Assembly (NCBI GenBank): GCA_040954595.2
Contig: CM082591.2
Coordinates: 9,875,309 to 9,939,308 of the forward strand
DNA length: 64,000 nucleotides
From: Balanoglossus misakiensis
Taxonomy: Eukaryota; Animalia; Hemichordata
Reading direction: 5' to 3'
Below the pieces are notes generated by a model, which worked only from the letters and a program-made list of their open reading frames with translations, did no database searches and was not told the DNA's origin. Positions 53,101-64,000 of this stretch are shown one piece after another. Both the position numbers and the translations under genes were made by a program. Positions within the stretch are counted from its first letter, which is position 1. Every line of letters begins with the position of its first letter.

Positions 53101-56100
53101 CTTTTATTTTAGGACGTCTCAGCTCCTTTGTCTTTTCTGTTATAGTGTTAAAGAAATCAAACGGTTTTGTTTTGGCCGGTAAACACCGATGGATTAACTC
53201 TTAAGTCCATCGTGCATCCAAACGCAGTCGAGTCGGTTTGGTCATTGTTTATGCGACAGTAAATGCCAAATGTGACAGAAGCATCATATTAAATGAGATA
53301 GAATACACAAACAAACAAACATACGAATAAACAAACAGGCAAACAAACAAACAAACAACCATTAGGGACTGTTCAGAATTTACTTCCAAGATGGGGATGG
53401 AGGATTTTTTATTTTCCTGGTGATTTTTTTCCATGGTCTCCCCTAGTAAATTGTGGAGGAAATATGTGGTCCCTCCTTAAATTTCCTGGGGATTTTCCAT
53501 GGTCCCCCTATTGTGACTTTTATGTCTAGTCTCCCCTAATTTGTCTTGGAGAAAATGGGTGGTCCCCCCCCCCTCTGAAAATTCTCCGCCCCCTGGAAGT
53601 AAATTCTGAACAGTCCCTTATTAAAGCCAACAGCTAGCACCCTGGCTTCTCTGCCAGAGGAGCGATAACATCGACAAAATGCAGATACACAAGAAATGAG
53701 CACTTTATTCCACAAGTGAAGTAGTCTGTTCCCTGCCCCATTCCCACCGCTGGCTGCGCCCTTTAGCGTAGCGCCGATGGCAGTGGGAATGGGGCAGGGG
53801 ACCAGACTACAAGTGAAGAACCCCAGTAACAGACGTAGCGAACAAACAAACTACATGTACTAACAACAAAGCAAGAAAAGTGTCAAGCGTCGTCAAAGAA
53901 AACGAAAAAGTTCTAGCATGGTTGGTAAAAGTTATTGGTAGAAAACGAATAGGGCCTTCTACAAATGACGTCTCAGACCCGCAAACGCCACCAGAACACA
54001 AAACACATGCACAGAACAGTTTAAGCCGGTTGTTGTATGGAGCAGCAATAATCTGCGGTTGGGCCGTCGTAGATTTTCGCTGGTGGTGAAAATAAATAAA
54101 ACACGATCGATGTTCGATTTATTCCAGATCACATGCGTTTACGGCCAGGAGAGAGCATAAAAGTCTTCAAATGACCATGTGGTGGCGCACTTTTTCCGAT
54201 TGGCTGTATTTCAATTTGTTCGTGGTAAATTAATTTTGTGGAGGTGACCGGCACTGAAGCTCTTAGCTAGGATGAGGTGGGATGGAAAAATGCCCCATTT
54301 TAGCTGTTTTAAAATATACGTCTATTTATAGACAAAAGGAAAATAAATCAAGCGCAAAAACATACCAAACCTAGTTTTATTAATTAAAAACAAAATTGCT
54401 GAGTAAAGGTTTTCATGTGGGCATTCACTTTGAACTTGCTAAATTAATTTAAAAAGACAAAGTCGCTCTCTCTTTGTCCTTTTGCGATGATAGAATGCTT
54501 GCTTGAAGTCTCTCGTGCAATAAATGATGTCGATTCATACATGTATGGATGGTGTATAGGTGGTCGGAATTTACATGTCTTCGCCACGTAAAATCAAAGT
54601 TTGGGTCATGAAATCGAGTTTTGTTACAGTCTAGAATTTCATGCCACCACTTATGGTCATATTATTCTTGGTAGGCAAAAGTGACAAGTAGTCAAGTTTC
54701 AACACATGCAACATTTTTTACAAACAAACAACAAAGAAGACATCAAAAGGGAGAGAATTATAGAATGGTCAATGTGTGAAAAGTTAAGATACGTAAAGTG
54801 GCCGGGTTCAACATTAGCTCATCGACTTCATATCGTCTTCATGCCATGGTTTTTGCCTGCCCTGAAAGTTCTTGTCGTTGCAGAAGTGGTTTTGACAGAA
54901 AGAATTTAGTCTTCCGGGATGTTTGTGATTATTTGAACACCAGACAATACAATGCAACCTTGACTTCCAAAATACTTACCGGCATTGCATTATCTTACCA
55001 TGGTTAGGCCTACAGTGAACAAACTTTCAACAATATTTTCTGAGTTACCGCTGATATTTGTTTTGTAGTATGGATATTAAATTATACATCCCGATACAAA
55101 TCAGAATGTTATAGAATCCTTCCTGAGTGATATTGAAAAAATTACCGGAATGCTACCGCCTAATCTATGGTTAGGGTTATTGCTATTATTTTATATCAGT
55201 AATCGACTTTGTGTATATCAATGTCATTTTCATAACGAAAATGAACTCGAGTCTAATGTAAACGTTACGAATTGATCGAAAGGCGCTCTGATGAATGTTA
55301 ACACGAGTGCGCAGTGACAAGACATGCATCGTGCGTGACAATGACAACAGTTCCTATAGAGCAGTTAAAAAATAAACCGGCCGTCCGTAAATTTATCAGC
55401 TATATTTTTTTTTATTTAGTCACGTTTTCCCTGTTGCATGCTATTAGTTCAGGGGCCAGTTTTAGCAGTGCTCTATTGATTACTTTCGTATCGATGGATT
55501 GATCTCTCGTCCAATCAGAATGGCGGATGGTAGCATGATCCGACATATTGCGTATTACAATAGGGCTTCCTCATACAGGTCAGAACGGAGAGGTCATTCC
55601 TTTTATTTTAGGACGTCTCAGCTCCTTTGTCTTTTCTGTTATAGTGTTAAAGAAATCACACGGTTTTGTTTTGGCCGGTAAACACCGATGGATTAACTCT
55701 TAAGTCCATCGTGCATCCAAACGCAGTCGAGTCGGTTTGGTCATTGTTTATGCGACAGTAAATGCCAAATGTGACAGAAGCATCATATTAAATGAGATAG
55801 AATACACAAACAAACAAACATACGAATAAACAAACAGGCAAACAAACAAACAAACAACCATTAGGGACTGTTCAGAATTTACTTCCAAGTTGGGGATGGA
55901 GGATTTTTTATTTTCCTGGTGATTTTTTTCCATGGTCTCCCCTAGTAAATTGTGGAGAAAATATGTGGTTCCTCCTTAAATTTCCTGGGGATTTTCCATG
56001 GTCCCCCTATTGTGACTTTTATGTCTAGTCTCCCCTAATTTGTCTTGGAGAAAATGAGTGGTCCCCCCCCTCTGAAAATTCTCCGCCCCCCTGGAAGTAA

Positions 56101-59100
56101 ATTCTGAACAGTCCCTTATTAAAGCCAACAGCTAGCACCCTGGCTTCTCTGCCAGAGGAGCGATAACATCGACAAAATGCAGATACGCAAGAAATGAGCA
56201 CTTTATTCCACAAGTGAAGTAGTCTGTTCCCTGCCCCATTCCCACCGCTGGCTGCGCCCTTTAGCGTAGCGCCGATGGCAGTGGGAATGGGGCAGGGGAC
56301 CAGACTACAAGTGAAGAACCCCAGTAACAGACGTAACGAACAAACAAACTACATGTACTAACAACAAAGCAAGAAAAGTGTCAAGCGTCGTCAAAGAAAA
56401 CGAAAAAGTTCTAGCATGGTTGGTAAAAGTTATTGGTAGAAAACGAATAGGGCCTTCTACAAATGACGTCTCAGACCCGCAAACGCCACCAGAACACAAA
56501 ACACATGCACAGAACAGTTTAAGCCGGTTGTTGTATGGAGCAGCAATAATCTGCGGTTGGGCCGTCGTAGATTTTCGCTGGTGGTGAAAATAAATAAAAC
56601 ACGATCGATGTTCGATTTATTTCAGATCACATGCGTTTACGGCCAGGAGAGAGCATAAAAGTCTTCAAATGACCATGTGGTGGCGCACTTTTTCCGATTG
56701 GCTGTATTTCAATTTGTTCGTGGTAAATTAATTTTGTGGAGGTGACCGGCACTGAAGCTCTTAGCTAGGATGAGGTGGGATGGAAAAATGCCCCATTTTA
56801 GCTGTTTTAAAATATACGACTATTTATAGACAAAAGGAAAATAAAACAAGCGCAAAAACATACCTAACCTAGTTTTATTAATTAAAAACAAAATTGCTGA
56901 GTAAAGGTTTTCATGTGGGCATTCACTTTGAACTTGCTAAATTAATTTAAAGAGACAAAGTCGCTCTCTCTTTGTCCTTTTGCGATGATAGAATGCTTGC
57001 TTGAAGTCTCTCGTGCAATAAATGATGTCGATTCATACATGTATGGATGGTGTATAGGTGGTCGGAATTTACATGTCTTTGCCACGACCAAACCAACAAC
57101 ACGTAAAATCAAAGTTTGGGTCATGAAATCGAGTTTTGTTACAGTCTAGAATTTCATGCCACCCCTTATGGTCATATTATTCTTGGTAGGCAAAAGTGAC
57201 AAGTAGTCAAGTTTCAACACAGGCAACATTTTTTACAAACAAACCACAAAGAAGACATCAAAAGGGAGAGAATTATAGAATGGTCAATGTGTGAAAAGTT
57301 AAGATACGTAAAGTGGCCGGGTTCAACATTAACTCATCGACTTCATATCGTCTTCATGCCATGGTTTTTGCCTGCCCTGAAAGTTCTTGTCGTTGCAGAA
57401 GTGGTTTTGACAGAAAGAATTTAGTCTTCCGGGATGTTTGTGATTATTTGAACACCAGACAATACAATGCAACCTTGACTTCCAAAATACTTACCGGCAT
57501 TGCATTATCTTACCATGGTTAGGCCTACAGTGAACAAATTTTCAACAATATTTTCTGAGTTACCGCTGATATTTGTTTTGTAGTATGGATATTAAATTAT
57601 ACATCCCGATACGAAGCAGAATGTTATAGAATCCTTCCTGAGTGATATTGAAAAAATTACCGGAATGCTACCGCCTAATCTATGGTTAGGGTTATTGCTA
57701 TTATTTTATATCAGTAATCGACTTTGTGTATATCAATGTCATTTTCATAACGAAAATGAACCCGAGTCTAATGTAAACGTTACGAATTGATCGAAAGGCG
57801 CTCTGATGAATGTTAACACGAGTGCGCAGTGACAAGACATGCATCGTGCATGACAGTGACAACAGTTCCTATAGAGCAGTTAAAAAATAAACCGGCCGTC
57901 CGTAAATTTATCAGCTATATTTTTTTTTATTTAGTCACGTTTTCCCTGTTGCATGCTATTAGTTCAGGGGCCAGTTTTAGCAGTGCTCTATTGAGTACTT
58001 TCGTATCGATGGATTGATCTCTCGTCCAATCAGAATGGCGGATGGTAGCATGATCCGACATATTGAGTATTACAATAGGGCTTCCTCATACAGGTCAGAA
58101 CGGAGAGGTCATTCCTTTTATTTTAGGACGTCTCAGCTCCTTTGTCTTTTCTGTTATAGTGTTAAAGAAATCAGACGGTTTTGTTTTGGCCGGTAAACAC
58201 CGATGGATTAACTCTTAAGTCCATCGTGCATCCAAACGCAGTCGAGTCGGTTTGGTCATTGTTTATGCGACAGTAAATGCCAAATGTGACAGAAGCATCA
58301 TATTAAATGAGATAGAATACACAAACAAACAAACATACGAATAAACAAACAGGCAAACAAACAAACAAACAACCATTAGGGACTGTTCAGAATTTACTTC
58401 CAAGTTGGAGATGGAGGATTTTTTATTTTCCTGGTGATTTTTTTCCATGGTCTCCCCTAGTAAATTGTGGAGGAAATATGTGGCCCCTCCTAATATTTCC
58501 TGGGGATTTTCCATGGTCCCCCTATTGTGACTTTTATGTCTAGTCTCCCCTAATTTGTCTTGGAGAAAATGGGTGGTCCCCCCCTCTGAAAATTCTCCGC
58601 CCCCTGGAAGTAAATTCTGAACAGTCCCTTATGAAAGCCAACAGCTAGCACCCCGGCTTCTCTGCCAGAGGAGCGATAACATCGACAAAATGCAGATACA
58701 CAAGAAATGAGCACTTTATTCCACTAGTGAAGTAGTCTGTTCCCTGCCCCATTCCCACCGCTGGCTGCGCCCTTTAGCGTAGCGTCGATGGCAGTGGGAA
58801 TGGGGCAGGGGACCAGACTACAAGTGAAGAACCCCAGTAACAGACGTAACGAACAAACAAACTACATGTACTAACAACAAAGCAAGAAAAGTGTCAAGCG
58901 TCGTCAAAGAAAACGAAAAAGTTCTAGCATGGTTGGTAAAAGTTATTGGTAGAAAACGAATAGGGCCTTCTACAAATGACGTCTCAGACCCGCAAACGCC
59001 ACCAGAACACAAAACACATGCACAGAAAAGTTTAAGCCGGTTGTTGTATGGAGCAGCAATAATCTGCGGTTGGGCCGTCGTAGATTTTCGCTGGTGGTGA

Positions 59101-62100
59101 AAATAAATAAAACACCACCGATGTTCGATTTATTCCAGATCACATGCGTTTACGGCCAGGAGAGAGCATAAAAGTCTTCAAATGACCATGTGGTGGCGCA
59201 CTTTTTCCGATTGGCTGTATTTCAATTTGTTCGTGGTAAATTAATTTTGTGGAGGTGACCGGCACTGAAGCTCTTAGCTAGGATGAGGTGGGATGGAAAA
59301 ATGCCCCATTTTAGCTGTTTTAAAATATACGACTATTTATAGACAAAAGGAAAATAAAACGAGCGCAAAAACATACCAAACCTAGTTTTATTAATTAAAA
59401 ACAAAATTGCTGAGTAAAGGTTTTCATGTGGGCATTCACTTTGAACTTGCTAAATTAATTTAAAGAGACAAAGTCGCTCTCTCTTTGTCCTTTTGCGATG
59501 ATAGAATGCTTGCTTGAAGTCTCTCGTGCAATAAATGATGTCGATTCATACATGTATGGATGGTGTATAGGTGGTCGGAATTTACATGTCTTCGCCACGA
59601 CCAAACCAACAACACGTAAAATCAAAGTTTGGGTCATAAAATCGAGTTTGGTTACAGTCTAGAATTTCATGCCACCCCTTATGGTCATATTATTCTTGGT
59701 AGGCAAAAGTGACAAGTAGTTAAGTTTCAACACAGGCAACATTTTTTACAAACAAACCACAAAGAAGACATCAAAAGGGAGAGAATGATAGAATGGTCAA
59801 TGTGTGAAAAGTTAAGATACGTAAAGTGGCCGGGTTCAACATTAACTCATCGACTTCATATCGTCTTCATGCCATGGTTTTTGCCTGCCCTGAAAGTTCT
59901 TGTCGTTGCAGAAGTGGTTTTGACAGAAAGAATTTAGTCTTCCGGGATGTTTGTGATTATTTGAACACCAGACAATACAATGCAACCTTGACTTCCAAAA
60001 TACTTACCGGCATTGCATTATCTTACCATGGTTAGGCCTACAGTGAACAAATTTTCAACAATATTTTCTGAGTTACCGCTGATATTTGTTTTGTAGTATG
60101 GATATTAAATTATACATCCCGATACAAAACGGAATGTTATAGAATCCTTCCTGAGTGATATTGAAAAAATTACCGGAATGCTACCGCCTAATCTATGGTT
60201 AGGGTTATTGCTATTATTCTATATCAGTAATCGACTTTGTGTATATCAATGTCATTTTCATAACGAAAATGAACTCGAGTCTAATGTAAACGTTACGAAT
60301 TGATCGAAAGGCGCTCTGATGAATGTTAACACGAGTGCGCAGTGACAAGACATGCATCGTGCATGACAGTGACAACAGTTCCTATAGAGCAGTTAAAAAA
60401 TAAACCGGCCGTCCGTAAATTTATCAGCTATATTTTTTTTTATTTAATCACGTTTTCCCTGTTGCATGCTATTAGTTCAGGGGCCAGTTTTAGCAGTGCT
60501 CTATTGAGTACTTTCATATCGATGGATTGATCTCTCGTCCAATCAGAATGGCGGATGGTAGCATGATCCGACATATTGCGTATTACAATAGGGCTTCCTC
60601 ATACAGGTCAGAACGGAGAGGTCATTCCTTTTATTTTAGGACGTCTCAGCTCCTTTGTCTTTTCTGTTATAGTGTTAAAGAAATCAAACGGTTTTGTTTT
60701 GGCCGGTAAACACCGATGGATTAACTCTTAAGTCCATCGTGCATCCAAACGCAGTCGAGTCGGTTTGGTCATTGTTTATGCGACAGTAAATGCCAAATGT
60801 GACAGAAGCATCATATTAAATGAGATAGAATACACAAACAAACAAACATACGAATAAACAAACAGGCAAACAAACAAACAAACAACCATTAGGGACTGTT
60901 CAGAATTTACTTCCAAGTTGGGGATGGAGGATTTTTTATTTTCCTGGTGATTTTTTTCCATGGTCTCCCCTAGTAAATTGTGGAGGAAATATGTGGTCCC
61001 TCCTTAAATTTCCTGGGGATTTTCCATGGTCCCCTTATTGTGACTTTTATGTCTAGTCTCCCCTAATTTGTCTTGGAGAAAATGGGTGGTCCCCCCCCTC
61101 TGAAAATTCTCCGCCCCCTGGAAGTAAATTCTGAACAGTCCCTTATTAAAGCCAACAGCTAGCACCCTGGCTTCTCTGCCAGAGGAGCGATAACATCGAC
61201 AAAATGCAGATACACAAGAAATGAGCACTTTATTCCACAAGTGAAGTAGTCTGTTCCCTGCCCCATTCCCACCGCTGGCTGTGCCCTTTAGCGTAGCGCC
61301 GATGGCAGTGGGAATGGGGCAGGGGACCAGACTACAAGTGAAGAACCCCAGTAACAGACGTAACGAACAAACAAACTACATGTACTAACAACAAAGCAAG
61401 AAAAGTGTCAAGCGTCGTCAAAGAAAACGAAAAAGTTCTAGCATGGTTGGTAAAAGTTATTGGTAGAAAACGAATAGGGCCTTCTACAAATGACGTCTCA
61501 GACCCGCAAACGCCACCAGAACACAAAACACATGCACAGAACAGTTTAAGCCGGTTGTTGTATGGAGCAGCAATAATCTGCGGTTGGGCCGTCGTAGATT
61601 TTCGCTGGTGGTGAAAATAAATAAAACACGATCGATGTTCGATTTATTCCAGATCACATGCGTTTACGGCCAGGAGAGAGCATAAAAGTCTTCAAATGAC
61701 CATGTGGTGGCGCACTTTTTCCGATTGGCTGTATTTCAATTTGTTCGTGGTAAATTAATTTTGTGGAGGTGACCGGCACTGAAGCTCTTAGCTAGGATGA
61801 GGTGGGATGGAAAAATGCCCCATTTTAGCTGTTTTAAAATATACGACTATTTATAGACAAAAGGAAAATAAAACAAGCGCAAAAACATACCAAACCTAGT
61901 TTTATTAATTAAAAACAAAATTGCTGAGTAAAGGTTTTCATGTGGGCATTCACTTTGAACTTGCTAAATTAATTTAAAGAGACAAAGTCGCTCTCTCTTT
62001 GTCCTTTTGCGATGATAGAATGCTTGCTTGAAGTCTCTCGTGCAATAAATGATGTCGATTCATACATGTATGGATGGTGTATAGGTGGTCGGAATTTACA

Positions 62101-64000
62101 TGTCTTCGCCACGACCAAACCAACAACACGTAAAATCAAAGTTTGGGTCATAAAATCGAGTTTGGTTGCAGTCTAGAATTTCATGCCACCCCTTATGGTC
62201 ATATTATTCTTGGTAGGCAAAAGTGACAAGTAGTCAAGTTTCAACACAGGCAACATTTTTTACAAACAAACCACAAAGAAGACATCAAAAGGGAGAGAAT
62301 TATAGAATGGTCAATGTGTGAAAAGTTAAGATACGTAAAGTGGCCGGGTTCAACATTAACTCATCGACTTCATATCGTCTTCATGCCATGGTTTTTGCCT
62401 GCCCTGAAAGTTCTTGTCGTTGCAGAAGTGGTTTTGACAGAAAGAATTTAGTCTTCCGGGATGTTTGTGATTATTTGAACACCAGACAATACAATGCAAC
62501 CTTGACTTCCAAAATACTTACCGGCATTGCATTATCTTACCATGGTTAGGCCTACAGTGAACAAATTTTCAACAATATTTTCTGAGTTACCGCTGATATT
62601 TGTTTTGTAGTATGGATATTAAATTATACATCCCGATACATAGCAGAATGTTATAGAATCCTTCCTGAGTGATATTGAAAAAAATTACCGGAATGCTACC
62701 GCCTAATCTATGGTTAGGGTTATTGCTATTATTTTATATCAGTAATCGACTTTGTGTATATCAATGTCATTTTCATAACGAAAATGAACTCGAGTCTAAT
62801 GTAAACGTTACGAATTGATCGAAAGGCGCTCTGATGAATGTTAACACGAGTGCGCAGTGACAAGACATGCATCGTGCATGACAGTGACAACAGTTCCTAT
62901 AGAGCAGTTAAAAAATAAACCGGCCGTCCGTAAATTTATCAGCTATATTTTTTTTATTTATTCACGTTTTTCCTGTTGCATGCTATTAGTTCAGGGGCCA
63001 GTTTTAGCAGTGCTCTATTGAGTACTTTCGTATCGATGGATTGATCTCTCGTCCAATCAGAATGGCGGATGGTAGCATGATCCGACATATTGCGTATTAC
63101 AATAGGGCTTCCTCATACAGGTCAGAACGGCGAGGTCATTCCTTTTATTTTAGGACGTCTCAGCTCCTTTGTCTTTTCTGTTATAGTGTTAAAGAAATCA
63201 AACGGTTTTGTTTTGGCCGGTAAACACCGATGGATTAACTCTTAAGTCCATCGTGCATCCAAACGCAGTCGAGTCGGTTTGGTCATTGTTTATGCGACAG
63301 TAAATGCCAAATGTGACAGAAGCATCATATTAAATGAGATAGAATACACAAACAAACAAACATACGAATAAACAAACAGGCAAACAAACAACCATTAGGG
63401 ACTGCTCAGAATTTACTTCCAAGTTGGGGATGGAGGATTTTTTATTTTCCTGGTGATTTTTTTCCATGGTCTCCCCTAGTAAATTGTGGAGGAAATATGT
63501 GGTCCCTCCTTAAATTTCCTGGGGATTTTCCATGGTCCCCCTATTGTGACTTTTATGTCTAGTCTCCCCTAATTTGTCTTGGAGAAAATGGGTGGTCCCC
63601 CCCCCCCCTCTGAAAATTCTCCACCCCCTGGAAGTAAATTCTGAACAGTCCCTTATTAAAGCCAACAGCTAGCACCCTGGCTTCTCTGCCAGAGGAGCGA
63701 TAACATCGACAAAATGCAGATACACAAGAAATGAGCACTTTATTCCACAAGTGAAGTAGTCTGTTCCCTGCCCCATTCCCACCGCTGGCTGCGCCCTTTA
63801 GCGTAGCGCCGATGGCAGTGGGAATGGGGCAGGGGACCAGACTACAAGTGAAGAACCCCAGTAACAGACGTAACGAACAAACAAACTACATGTACTAACA
63901 ACAAAGCAAGAAAAGTGTCAAGCGTCGTCAAAGAAAACGAAAAAGTTCTAGCATGGTTGGTAAAAGTTATTGGTAGAAAACGAATAGGGCCTTCTACAAA

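Larger units (their letters stand above)
1..64000. repeat. Tandem macrosatellite array, ~2.5 kb unit, 25 complete copies plus a partial 26th; extends beyond both window ends
   Basis: The same sequence and ORF set recur every 2497-2520 bp (unit 1 is 2447 bp because of a deletion), e.g. the MSSVVKENEK ORF at 3623, 6142, 8659, 11178 ... 61405. No unique sequence interrupts the array. Confidence 0.99.

Noticed and set aside
110-63750. All 60-99 aa ORFs in the supplied track
   Set aside because: They are short, often start at GTG/TTG, overlap on opposite strands, and run through microsatellite or MITE sequence (e.g. VCLFVCLF from AAAC). They resemble no family I know and are broken by frameshifts or stops in many copies.
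1-64000. CRISPR array, rDNA, 5S or histone gene cluster
   Set aside because: There is no short repeat with unique spacers, and no recognisable rRNA, 5S or histone sequence in the monomer on either strand.

Overview
The whole 64 kb window is one uninterrupted head-to-tail tandem array (macrosatellite) of a ~2.5 kb AT-rich unit. It holds 25 complete copies plus half of a 26th and runs off both ends. Unit starts (arbitrary phase GACTTTGTGT): 1, 2448, 4965, 7485, 10000, 12517, 15027, 17531, 20043, 22556, 25053, 27569, 30088, 32604, 35121, 37633, 40142, 42655, 45168, 47666, 50186, 52705, 55205, 57720, 60233, 62748. Copies differ only by scattered SNPs and small indels. No credible protein-coding gene is present: the 60-99 aa ORFs are short, resemble no family I know, and come and go between copies through frameshifts and stops. 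The unit is a composite of non-autonomous DNA-transposon pieces: a 254-bp MITE with perfect 24-bp TIRs and a TTA target duplication (PIF/Harbinger-like), an 88-bp palindromic element with TAG...CTA ends and a 9-bp target duplication, and a possible third small TIR element. It also carries an (AAAC)n microsatellite and many short dyad symmetries. Shared variants reveal a higher-order duplication with 22.6/25.1 kb offsets, chimeric units and a single-unit duplication. Each unit carries a minus-strand cassette with splice-acceptor, donor and Sm-like motifs that could be a repeated 30-nt microexon or a spliced-leader-like RNA; this is speculative. The sequence looks eukaryotic, probably a marine invertebrate (inferred from TACATGTA motifs and MITE style). 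All comparisons were made by eye.
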